Source: Candidatus Chisholmbacteria bacterium (GTDB lineage: Bacteria > Patescibacteriota > Microgenomatia > UBA1400 > Chisholmbacteraceae). From it: a stretch of DNA of 64,000 nt. The notes under the pieces are model-generated. The model saw only the letters and a program-made list of their open reading frames with translations. It was not told the origin of the DNA and did no database searches. Location: NCBI GenBank assembly GCA_963704905.1, contig CAVPHZ010000002.1:75011-139010 (forward strand), in the 5' to 3' direction. Numbering within the stretch: position 1 is the first letter of the stretch; each line of letters begins with the position of its first letter. Shown piece after piece: positions 47,542 to 57,152 of the stretch. The position numbers and the translations under genes were made by a program.

Positions 47542-48573
47542 ATGGCGCTTCTACTCGGATTATTGATATTTTCATTCATCATCACGAGTCTGCTAATAAT
47601 TCCTTTTATAAATATTCTCTATACCTTGAAATTTCAGCGGCAACGCCAAACGACCAGGGATGCATTTGGAAAATTGACACCTATCTTTGATCGTTTTCAT
47701 GGAAATAAAGTCGGTACTCCAGTCGGTGGGGGATTACTCGTAATTATCGTAGTAAGTGTATTATTTTCTATCCTGCTTCCCTTGCTTCAGTATCTCGGAA
47801 TTGAAATCACTCGAGTATATCCACTCCAAGATGAGCTGAATATTATATTCTTTACGTTTATCTCATTTGGACTCTTAGGATTATATGACGATAGTATGAA
47901 GTTTTTTGGGTATAAAAAAAACCAATTCTTTGGACTTCGCCTTCGACATAAGTTCATCATTCAATGGATACTTGCATTCATCATTGCCGCACTTCTGTAC
48001 TTTAATTTATCCATCGATATTTTATATGTACCGTTTTTTGGTGTGATGAAGCTATCATGGGTGTATGTTCCATTCGCAGCATTTACGATTGTCTCCTTCA
48101 CGAATGCGTTTAATATCTCAGATGGACTGGATGGTCTAGCTGGCGGCCTACTCATGATTGCTTTATTTGCATTCTGGGGACTTTCTGCCTCGATTCTAGA
48201 TACGCCACTTTCAGTATTTGTAGCACTATGGTTAGGTTCCCTAATCGCATTTTTATATTTCAACGTTTATCCGGCTCGAATATTTTTAGGCGACGTAGGT
48301 GCATTATCATTTGGAGCAACACTAGCAGTAGTTGGACTACTGCTCGGCAAAATTCTTGCATTAGTAATAATTGGTGGAGTATTCGTTGTCGAAATAACCT
48401 CGAGTTTTATTCAACTTACTTCAAAAAAGGTATTCAAGAAAAAAATATTTGCTGTTGCACCAGCTCATTTATGGCTTCAGAATTTGGGTTGGGAAGAGCC
48501 AAAAATTGTTATGCGAGCTTGGCTTGCGGCAGTCATGTTAGCGGTGTTTGGGACCTGGCTTGCGTTGATTTAA
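47542..48573 (+). CDS. mraY: Phospho-N-acetylmuramoyl-pentapeptide transferase
   Basis: KVGTPVGGG, LYDD, NAFNISDGLDGLA, FNVYPARIFLGDVG; the HHH motif reads HLW. Confidence 0.9.
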   Translation: MALLLGLLIFSFIITSLLIIPFINILYTLKFQRQRQTTRDAFGKLTPIFDRFHGNKVGTPVGGGLLVIIVVSVLFSILLPLLQYLGIEITRVYPLQDELNIIFFTFISFGLLGLYDDSMKFFGYKKNQFFGLRLRHKFIIQWILAFIIAALLYFNLSIDILYVPFFGVMKLSWVYVPFAAFTIVSFTNAFNISDGLDGLAGGLLMIALFAFWGLSASILDTPLSVFVALWLGSLIAFLYFNVYPARIFLGDVGALSFGATLAVVGLLLGKILALVIIGGVFVVEITSSFIQLTSKKVFKKKIFAVAPAHLWLQNLGWEEPKIVMRAWLAAVMLAVFGTWLALI

Positions 48574-48620
48574 TTCCAAACTGTAGGAAACAATCTCCAG
48601 AGGTTGATATAATCTAAATC

Positions 48621-49409
48621 ATGAAACAAGATGTCATCGGGTTTTTTGACTCGGGAGTGGGTGGACTTTCAATCTGGAGAGCAGTAATTGCAAAGCTATC
48701 ACATGTAGATACGATGTATATAGCCGACCAAAAATATCTCCCTTACGGTGAGAAAAGTGAAAAGGAAATTCAGCAAAGAGCGCTTCTACTTACTCAATAT
48801 CTTATATCAAAAGGAGCCACACTCATTGTAGTTGCTTGTAATAGTGCGACAGTTGCTGCAATCACGATGCTGAGAAATAATTTCGACGTTCCGTTTGTGG
48901 GTGTTGAACCGGCAATCAAAACTGCAGTCAAACTCACAAAGACAAATGAGATTACAGTGTTATCAACCAGCACTACAAAAAAAAGTAAACGCCAAACAAC
49001 ACTGTTAACTTCCTATGCCAAAAATACAAAAGTGTATCTTCACGCTGCCCCAGAATTTGTAGAACTTGTCGAAAATGGTGAATTAGATACCAAAGAGGCG
49101 CAACGAGTTATTGATAAATATTTTCACAATACTTATCGGGGAAATAGCGATATCCTCGTATTGGGGTGCACCCATTATCCCTTTTTAGAAAAGGGCATAA
49201 GGAAGTCGTTGGGTAATGGAATGAAAATAATTGAATCCTCACGTCCAGTAGCAAGACAAGTGGCGCGAATAAAACAGATAAAAATATCTGATGTTGCCAG
49301 AAACATCGGTAGGCATCATTTTTACTCAACTGGAGATCCATCCTCATTGAGTGACATCCTGCAAAAACTTACCAGTAGAAAAGAAAAAGCTGAGCAGCTT
49401 TTCATATGA
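48621..49409 (+). CDS. murI: Glutamate racemase
   Basis: FDSGVGGLS, PYGEKS, VACNSA, LGCTHYP. Confidence 0.94.
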   Translation: MKQDVIGFFDSGVGGLSIWRAVIAKLSHVDTMYIADQKYLPYGEKSEKEIQQRALLLTQYLISKGATLIVVACNSATVAAITMLRNNFDVPFVGVEPAIKTAVKLTKTNEITVLSTSTTKKSKRQTTLLTSYAKNTKVYLHAAPEFVELVENGELDTKEAQRVIDKYFHNTYRGNSDILVLGCTHYPFLEKGIRKSLGNGMKIIESSRPVARQVARIKQIKISDVARNIGRHHFYSTGDPSSLSDILQKLTSRKEKAEQLFI

Positions 49410-50755
49410 CACCTTTTAATCAGTTCAAACATGATTTTGAAGGCAGAAGAGTACTGATATTTGGTCTCGGACTCCTTGGAAGAGGTGTAAGTGTTGCAAA
49501 ACTCTTCTGCGAAATTGGCTGTACAGTTACAGTAACGGATAAGAAAAACTCTACTCAATTAAGAACATCACTTCAAAATCTCAGCAAGTACAACATTCGA
49601 TACACGCTAGGTGAACACAAAAGAGAGGACATCGATCAATCAGAAGTGATCATCCGAAACCCTGATGTTGTATGGCATCATCCTCTATTAGAGAGAGCTA
49701 GGAAGAAAAACATTCCTATAAATATGGACACGTCACTATTTGCGAAGTATTTTCCGGGATTGTTAATCGGGATTACTGGAACTAGAGGGAAAACCACAAC
49801 CACTGTTCTCATTTATGAGATGCTAAAGTCGACATATAAAAACGAGGTTATATTAGCTGGAAATGCAACTGAAAAAGCAAATTGTGCCTTACTCAAAGAA
49901 ACTACAATCAAGACCATTGCTGTTGCCGAATTATCTTCTTGGGAGTTAGAAGGTTTTGAAGCGGAGCAGATCAGTCCGAGTATCTCCATCGTCACCAATA
50001 TTTATCGCGATCATCTAGATCATCATAGGAGTTTTAGTGAATATGTAAGGCGAAAACAAGCGATTTTCTCAAATCAAAAGAAAAACGACACCATCATTTT
50101 AAACAGAAATAACAAATGGACTAAAGACATGTCAAAAAAAGTGAATTCAAATATCATCTGGTTTGATGAACAAACCCTACCTGAAAACTGGCAATTAAAA
50201 CTCATAGGATTGCATAACCGAGAAAATGCTTCAGCAGCCTATTGTGTTGGAAAGAAATTGAAAGTAAAAATAAGCTCAATAAGAAATGTTTTTGAACAAT
50301 TCAAAGGCGTTCCTCACAGACTTGAATCTATTGGATATGTAAACAAAGTAGAATTCATAAACGATACAACATCAACAACACCGATAGCGACTATTAAAGC
50401 TCTTCAGTCCATGTCAAATCCAACCATTCTGCTGGTTGGTGGGAATACGAAAAATCTTCCACTGAGAGAACTCACCTCCCAACTAGGAAAAAGAACGAAA
50501 GCAATTGCACTATTACGAGGAAGCGGATCAGCAGAGCTGTACGAACTCATTAAAAGCGATAACAACATTACAATTATTTCAGAAGATCGTGATTTTGATG
50601 AAACAGTATGGACTGCTTTCAAGCACGCCGACCCTGGAGATTCTATACTGCTGAGTCCTGGTTTTACTTCTTTTTCAGAATTCAATAATATCTTTGAAAG
50701 AGGTAAGAGATTTAGAGAAGTTGTAAAAAAACTAAGATCAACGCATGGTAAATAA
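49406..50755 (+). CDS. murD: UDP-MurNAc-L-Ala--D-glutamate ligase
   Basis: GLGLLG, GITGTRGKTTT, ELSSWEL, DHLDHH, HRLE, NDT, LSPGFTSF...ERG. Confidence 0.92.
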   Translation: MTPFNQFKHDFEGRRVLIFGLGLLGRGVSVAKLFCEIGCTVTVTDKKNSTQLRTSLQNLSKYNIRYTLGEHKREDIDQSEVIIRNPDVVWHHPLLERARKKNIPINMDTSLFAKYFPGLLIGITGTRGKTTTTVLIYEMLKSTYKNEVILAGNATEKANCALLKETTIKTIAVAELSSWELEGFEAEQISPSISIVTNIYRDHLDHHRSFSEYVRRKQAIFSNQKKNDTIILNRNNKWTKDMSKKVNSNIIWFDEQTLPENWQLKLIGLHNRENASAAYCVGKKLKVKISSIRNVFEQFKGVPHRLESIGYVNKVEFINDTTSTTPIATIKALQSMSNPTILLVGGNTKNLPLRELTSQLGKRTKAIALLRGSGSAELYELIKSDNNITIISEDRDFDETVWTAFKHADPGDSILLSPGFTSFSEFNNIFERGKRFREVVKKLRSTHGK

Positions 50756-51883
50756 AAAAACGAAAAGAAAAAAACGGCAAAAAGCGAAAACAATCCGCCT
50801 ACGCTTTAAAGGGAGAGAGGCAAAAACTGATGTTATCCTGGTAGCTGTCGTTGCAGCACTTTCATTATTCGGAATACTAATAGTCTATGATGCATCTGTA
50901 ATAGAAGCCTATCGTAGTTTTTCAGATAAATTTTTCTTTGTTAAGCAGCAGTTGATCTGGACTGCAATTGGTTTAACCCTGGCAGCGGTGATGTCCGTTA
51001 TACCGTATCATGTGTACAAAAAACTCGGATTTTGGGCTTTTGCAGCATCTCTATTACTTTTGTTTTTTGTATTGCTTCCCGGCATAGGGTCCAAGACTTT
51101 TGGAGCGAGAAGATGGATTGCGTTAGGCAGTCTTTCCCTTCAACCAGCCGAGTTTACAAAACTAACTCTGATTATGTATCTCGCTTCATTCTTAGAAAAA
51201 AAGGTCGCATCCTTCAATTTCTGGTAATACTTGGTGTAGTAGCAGGGCTTATCATGCTTCAGCCAGATTTGGGAACTACTGTGGTGATGAGTAGCATAGC
51301 GGCGGGCATGTACTTCATTTCTGGCGCACCCATACTCAGCTTTACACTCCTTGGATTTGGGGGGATCGTCACTGGAGCCATGTTTATACTCACCTCACCA
51401 TATCGTAGAGCCAGAGTAGCCACATTTCTCAATCCTACAGAAGATCCGCTCGGTGCATCCTACCACATTCGACAGGTGCTCATTGCCCTAGGCTCAGGTG
51501 GATTGTTCGGGTTGGGTATTGGAAAATCCAGGCAAAAATACGAGTATATTCCTGCGGCGACAACCGACTCAATATTTGCAATCATTGCTGAAGAAATTGG
51601 CTTTTTTGGATCGATTGTAATAATTTCCCTATTCACGATATTCATTTTTCGGGCCTTTAAGATTGCAAAACAGGCACCGGATCAATTTACTCAACTGCTT
51701 GCGGGTGGAGTAGCGGTTTGGATAAGCAGCCAAACTGTGCTGAATCTTGCAACCATGGTCGCACTTGTACCATTAACTGGTGTTCCTCTTCCATTCATTT
51801 CATATGGAGGGTCTTCAACGGTAGCAAACCTCGCTGGTGTCGGTTTGCTCTTAAGTGTGAGTCGTTATGCAAAAAAAAGATAG
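50745..51883 (+). CDS. ftsW: SEDS peptidoglycan polymerase FtsW, one frameshift at A7 run 51196-51202
   Basis: GARRWI, QPAEFTK in ORF1; QPDLGT, GSGG..G.G, TDSIF, PLTGVPLPFISYGGS in ORF2. Adding one A joins them. Confidence 0.88.
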
Positions 51884-53043
51884 AAAGAAACACAAAACAT
51901 ATAAAGTACTTATTACTGGGGGTCATCTCACACCTGCAATTGCGGTTATTGAACATTTGCGAAAACAGCACAATCAGTGGGAGGTGGTTTTTATAGGCAG
52001 AAAATCAGCTACTGAGAGAAGTAGCGCACCTTCAAAAGAATCATTGGAAATTCCAAAGTGGGGAATACCATTTTATTCAATACAGGCAGGGAAAATCCCT
52101 CGTCACGTAAATCTTGAAACGGTCACTGCAAGCTTAAAAATACCAATCGGCATTACGCAAGCATTTTTGAAGGTGAGAAATATACAACCTGATGTGGTAC
52201 TAAGTTTTGGTGGGTATGTTGCAGTCCCGGTGGCGATCGCGGCAAAAATATTACGTATCCCAATAGTGACGCATGAGCAAACTACAGCCAAAGGACTGGG
52301 AACAGCACTCATTGAACACCTTGCAGCAAAAATCGCTATTTCTTGGGATATCAGCAAGAAAGATTTTCGACATAAGGTAGTTCTTACTGGTAATCCAATA
52401 CGCGAAACCTTTTTTGCAAAAAATCATAAAATATCTTCGCTTCCATCACCAACACTTCCAACGATCTATATCACCGGCGGTAATCTTGGATCACAAGCAA
52501 TAAATCTTGCAGTACTAAATGCGCTTAAGGTGCTTACAAAACATTTCATGATCATTCACCAGAGCGGTACAGGAAAAGCAGGAGCTGATAGTAAACAGCT
52601 TACTCTACTAAGAGAAGAGCTACCTATCAATCAACAGAATAATTATCTCGTTCGACCTTGGTTTGAAGATATAGAGGTTGCTTGGCTGATGAGACATGCA
52701 AGGCTTATTGTATCCCGTGCCGGAGCCAACAGTATTACCGAGATAGCACTGAGTGGAACCCCCGCAATTCTTATCCCTCTACCAAAAGCTGGTCGAAATG
52801 AGCAATTATGGAATGCCCAAATGCTAAAAGATACTGGTATTGCTGAGATTCTTCCTCAGGATTCACTTGAGCAAAGATTCTCTGCTCAAGCTGATTAGAA
52901 AAATGAACACCAATTATCAATTATACAAACAACACAGCTCCAGAGCTCAATCTCTTGTAAGAAGAGATTCAGCAGCTGCGATTGGACAACTGTTACTCGA
53001 TGCGATTCAAGAAAAGAAGACCAAAACCACAACCAATAACTAA
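51867..53043 (+). CDS. murG: Lipid II GlcNAc transferase MurG, frameshift near 52870
   Basis: TGGHLTPA, FGGYVAVP, HEQ, TGNPIR, TGGNLGS, SRAGA, EQLWNA. The C-terminal helix continues in ORF 52840-53043. Confidence 0.88.
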
Positions 53044-53779
53044 CACAACTCCGCCCAGGAAATCAAAGTATTTGATTCTAACGCGCTTCCAAATTGGCTG
53101 GATTGGAATATTTTCAATAAGTGTCCTATTGCTCTCTTGGGTAGTATTTGGTGACATATTTTCAATAAAAAAAGTAACCTGCACACGAGATGATAGCAAT
53201 TGCGATGAGCAAATTATTGCAGAGATGGAAAGACTTCTTGGTTTTTCACTTCTTCGATTCAGCCCAGTGAGTCTTGAAAGTAAACTTCAATCTGCGGATC
53301 CAACAATAGGAGAAATTTCAATCGAAGCAGTCTTTCCTGATAGGTTGAATGCTACGATTGTTAGCAAGCAAGTGTCATTTGCAATTCGAGATCCGCAATC
53401 AAGTGAGGTGTATCTGGTGGATGATCAATTGAAAATATATTCTCGAGCAAATGCTGAGAATATTTCTGTTCCTGAAATTATTATTACAGAGCTAGGAGAA
53501 TATTCGATTGGAGAGAATCTAAATGACAACAATGTTTCTCAAGCAATAGAGCTATCCAAAACACTTTCTTCTCAATTTGTTCCTTTCGCAACAATGAATG
53601 TCGATGGAGAAGTAGTAACAGTAATGTTAAAAAATGATGCAAAAGGAATTTTTACCCTCAGACGGGATCTTTTAAAGCAGGTTACCTCTTTACAACAAAT
53701 TCTCTCTCAAGCTACAATAGAGTCCAAGCCGATAACAATTGATGTTCGGTATGATAAACCAGTGGTTAAAGGTGAATGA
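53000..53779 (+). CDS. ftsQ: FtsQ/DivIB-like cell division protein
   Basis: Basic N-terminus, one TM, POTRA-like VFPDRL, C-terminal IDVRYDKP; lies between murG and ftsA. Confidence 0.7.
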   Translation: MRFKKRRPKPQPITNTTPPRKSKYLILTRFQIGWIGIFSISVLLLSWVVFGDIFSIKKVTCTRDDSNCDEQIIAEMERLLGFSLLRFSPVSLESKLQSADPTIGEISIEAVFPDRLNATIVSKQVSFAIRDPQSSEVYLVDDQLKIYSRANAENISVPEIIITELGEYSIGENLNDNNVSQAIELSKTLSSQFVPFATMNVDGEVVTVMLKNDAKGIFTLRRDLLKQVTSLQQILSQATIESKPITIDVRYDKPVVKGE

Positions 53780-53816
53780 GCGTGTAAGAAGCCACATCTA
53801 TTCACACACCTGATGT

Positions 53817-55103
53817 ATGCAAAAAAGTAAGATGCACGCGGCGATTGACGTCGGAACAGAAAAAATCACAACCATTATCGCATCCGAAAATGTAGAGGAT
53901 AGAAAAATCAATGTAATGGGTGTTGCTGCAACACCCTCAAATGGTATACGAAAAAGTCAAATTGTCGATATCGATGAGGCCACAGATGCCATTACTGAGA
54001 GTGTTGAAGCAGCTGAGCGTATGGCTGGTTACAGCATAACCCAGGCGGTTATTTCCGTTGGAGGAGCTCATATCACATCACAGAATTCAAAAGGGGTTGT
54101 AGCAGTGTCTGAACCAGAGGGAGAGATAATTGACGAAGATGTCGAGCGCGTGATAGAAGCTGCGCGTGCTGTGTCTCTGCCATCTGCAAGGGAGATCATC
54201 CATGTTATCCCCAGAAATTTCACCGTAGACTCACAAGATGGAATAAAAGATCCTGTTGGAATGAGTGGTGTTCGATTAGAAGCTGCTGCACATTTGATCA
54301 CTGCCTCTCAGACGGCGATGAGAAATCTTGCCAAATGCGTTGGTGAAATCGGCATTGACGTTAGCAGCATGGTGTTTAGTGGCATTGCGGCGGCAGAAGT
54401 GGTTTTAAGCGAAACGGAAAAAGAGCTCGGAGTCGTTCTCGTAGATGTCGGTGGGGGAAGTACGAATATTATCGTTTATGTTGAAGGTACGCTTTCCTAC
54501 TCGTCCGTGTTACCAATAGGTGCGAAGAATATCACAAATGATCTTGCAATTGGTATGAGAATTAGCTCAGAAAGTGCTGAGAAAATAAAACGATATCTAT
54601 CTCTTCCTAAAAAGAAGTCAACACAAGAAGATGAGGAGAAAGAAAAGAAAGATGAGATTGATCTCATCCGTCTTGACTTGAAAGAGGAAATAAAAACTGC
54701 TTCGAAGAAAACCTTAGTCGAAGGTATTATAAAGCCAAGATTGAATGAGATATTTACCATGGTTGGAATTGAACTAAAAAAATCTGGAACAGCTAGTCAA
54801 ACGCCGGCTGGGCTCGTTATTACTGGAGGTGGTGCCAATACTGTCGGTGTGGTCGAATCTGCGAAACGAACGCTTTCAATGCCTACCAGAGTAGGTGTAC
54901 CCAAAGGATTGCATGGTCTCATTGAAGAAATTCAATCACCAGAGTATGCAGTAGCAAGTGGTTTGATCCTATACAGTTCGAGAAGACTTCCCGCTTCGAA
55001 AGGGAATATGTCTATCCCAGGAATTGGTAACGTAATGAAAAACCTTCCCGGAAGGGGGCTTGCAAGCAAAATTGGTGATTTCATAAAGTCATTTCTGCCA
55101 TAA
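53817..55103 (+). CDS. ftsA: Cell division protein FtsA
   Basis: IDVGTEKI, DPVGMSGVRLE, VDVGGGST, ITNDLA, ITGGGA; C-terminal amphipathic helix. Confidence 0.95.
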   Translation: MQKSKMHAAIDVGTEKITTIIASENVEDRKINVMGVAATPSNGIRKSQIVDIDEATDAITESVEAAERMAGYSITQAVISVGGAHITSQNSKGVVAVSEPEGEIIDEDVERVIEAARAVSLPSAREIIHVIPRNFTVDSQDGIKDPVGMSGVRLEAAAHLITASQTAMRNLAKCVGEIGIDVSSMVFSGIAAAEVVLSETEKELGVVLVDVGGGSTNIIVYVEGTLSYSSVLPIGAKNITNDLAIGMRISSESAEKIKRYLSLPKKKSTQEDEEKEKKDEIDLIRLDLKEEIKTASKKTLVEGIIKPRLNEIFTMVGIELKKSGTASQTPAGLVITGGGANTVGVVESAKRTLSMPTRVGVPKGLHGLIEEIQSPEYAVASGLILYSSRRLPASKGNMSIPGIGNVMKNLPGRGLASKIGDFIKSFLP

Positions 55104-55187
55104 TTTTATATCTGCTCCTCAAATATTGTATCCCGCAAAGACAGACATAAATCATGTTAAGAAATACATTTTTCTCCAGAAAAATGC

Positions 55188-55215
55188 TTGAAAAAACGTA
55201 CGAATAGTGTATAGT
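55188..55215 (+). promoter_or_regulatory. Sigma70-type promoter for ftsZ
   Basis: TTGAAA 55188-93, 16-nt spacer, TATAGT 55210-15, in the ftsA-ftsZ gap. Confidence 0.5.
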
Positions 55216-55250
55216 GAGGCCCGCTTCGGGTTTTATATTAAATTTTGATT

Positions 55251-56393
55251 ATGGGTCTTGTAAAGCCAGAAATAAATACATTCGCGAAAATAAAAGTTCT
55301 TGGAATCGGTGGTGGTGGTGGTAATGCTCTGAACTCCATGATCAAAACCCAACAAATCCAAGGAGTTGAGTTTGTTGCTGTTAATACCGACGCCCAGGCT
55401 TTGCTTACCTGTCAGGCTGATACAAAACTTCAAATTGGAGATAGTCTCACCCGAGGATTAGGTTCTGGAGCCGATCCTGATATTGGTAAAAAAGCTGCCG
55501 ATGAATCCAACGAAAAAATTAAAAACCTCCTCTTAGACACCGATATGGTCTTTATTACCGCTGGAATGGGTGGAGGGACGGGGACAGGTGGTTCACCGAT
55601 TGTTGCGGAGATAGCCAAAGAATCAGGTGCGCTTACGGTGGCTGTGGTGACCAAGCCATTTGCTTTCGAAGGTACCAGACGAATGGTTGTAGCAGAGGAG
55701 GGAATAGAAAATCTAAAAGAAAAAGTCGACACACTCATCGTGATTCCAAACGAGAGAATTTTAGATGTGGTCGACAAAAAAATGTCACTACTCGAGGCAT
55801 TTAAGGTAGCAGATTCTGTGCTCGGAGAAGGTGTTCAAGGAATTTCGGACCTTATTACAACGCCCGGGCTTATTAATGTTGACTTTGCCGACGTCCGCTC
55901 AATTATGACCAATGCTGGTTCAGCGCTTATGGGTATCGGTCACGGTGTAGGAGAAAATCGATCTGCTACAGCAGCTAGAATGGCCATTGCGAGCCCTTTA
56001 CTGGAGCTTTCCATTGACGGGGCCAAGGGTATTCTCTTTAACATTACCGGAGGCGCTGATTTGACGATGAACGAAGTAAATGAAGCTGCCAAGATCATCA
56101 GTCAGAGCGCCGATGCCGATGCCAACATCATTTTTGGAACCACAATTGATGAGGGTATGGTCGACCAGGTAAAAATTTCGGTAATTGCAACCGGGTTTGA
56201 TGAAAGTAGACAACGATTGCAACAATTTAACGTTCCTGGATTCCAGAAGCCAAAAGAAGAAGATAGAGAAGATATAGAAAAAGAGGCGGATGGTGAAGAG
56301 CAGAAAAGTGAAGATCCACCTGTAAAGAACGGTGAATTTGATCAAGTTGAAGATGAGCTAGACATCCCAGCCTTTCTCAGACAAGGGAGATAA
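55251..56393 (+). CDS. ftsZ: Cell division protein FtsZ
   Basis: [30 protein letters not shown]-terminal LDIPAFLR. Confidence 0.97.
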   Translation: MGLVKPEINTFAKIKVLGIGGGGGNALNSMIKTQQIQGVEFVAVNTDAQALLTCQADTKLQIGDSLTRGLGSGADPDIGKKAADESNEKIKNLLLDTDMVFITAGMGGGTGTGGSPIVAEIAKESGALTVAVVTKPFAFEGTRRMVVAEEGIENLKEKVDTLIVIPNERILDVVDKKMSLLEAFKVADSVLGEGVQGISDLITTPGLINVDFADVRSIMTNAGSALMGIGHGVGENRSATAARMAIASPLLELSIDGAKGILFNITGGADLTMNEVNEAAKIISQSADADANIIFGTTIDEGMVDQVKISVIATGFDESRQRLQQFNVPGFQKPKEEDREDIEKEADGEEQKSEDPPVKNGEFDQVEDELDIPAFLRQGR

Positions 56394-56398
56394 TTAGT

Positions 56399-57064
56399 TC
56401 ACTCTTTAAGTAAATTCATGCACATCCAATTCTCAACTTGTTGCATTTGATCTGAAAATCGCAGAATACCTTCTTCACTCCCAACGGCTAACGCTTCAGC
56501 ATCAACAAAAAACAATCGATCTAATTCTGGGTGATAGACAATATTATTTGGTGCTCCTTGTTGAAGAACATCACCGTGGATCATCTGATGGTGAGTGGCA
56601 AATGCCCGATGACCATTTTCAAGTTGACATAATAGACGAGTTATATTATCTCTTGAAAATCCATGAAACAAAACTTCAGAGGAGTCAATTTCTCCATATT
56701 CTATCAGGTCCAACACTGTACCGAGTTCATTAAGACTAGAACCAAGGTAAGCCATATCAAAGACTAGGTAAGATGAGTCTGGTAGAGAAAGTAAATTAAC
56801 ACTCGGAAAGTGTCCTCCGGAAAATCGATAGGAGGCAAACAAGAGTTGCAGTTTTTTCCACTCACGACGCCCATGTTCATTATCAGGTCGTATTTTAAGT
56901 ACTTTTGAGTTATAGTGAGCGTCTCTTATTCGAACTACTCTTCTCTCTTGAGGAAAATAAGTGGAATATATTTGTTCGACTGAATCAGTATCAAGGGAAA
57001 ACCCTATCCGTTGAGTAAAGAGTAAAATATCATCTTTAGATGGATGAAGTAATTCTGCAGACAT
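56399..57064 (-). CDS. Protein-kinase-like fold hypothetical protein
   Basis: VLK (beta3 Lys), RRE (alphaC Glu), MIHGDV...PNNI, FFVDAE. Own TATAAT 8 nt upstream (57078-73). Confidence 0.6.
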   Translation of the reverse strand: MSAELLHPSKDDILLFTQRIGFSLDTDSVEQIYSTYFPQERRVVRIRDAHYNSKVLKIRPDNEHGRREWKKLQLLFASYRFSGGHFPSVNLLSLPDSSYLVFDMAYLGSSLNELGTVLDLIEYGEIDSSEVLFHGFSRDNITRLLCQLENGHRAFATHHQMIHGDVLQQGAPNNIVYHPELDRLFFVDAEALAVGSEEGILRFSDQMQQVENWMCMNLLKE

Positions 57065-57152
57065 ATCAGGGGATTATAGCGGGTTTATATTTCTGAACAA
57101 TTGCATTTGATCAAACTCTTATCTCCAGGGTAAAATACCAAGTGTTAACAAA

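Noticed and set aside
51196-51202. A7 run splitting ftsW as a programmed frameshift or phase-variation site
   Set aside because: A one-base homopolymer deletion in an essential gene, in a sequence with many similar errors; no stimulatory structure was seen.
57065-57152. T-box riboswitch upstream of ileS (or glyQS)
   Set aside because: The leaders are far too short, with -10 elements within about 16 nt of the starts, and no T-box motif or terminator is present.
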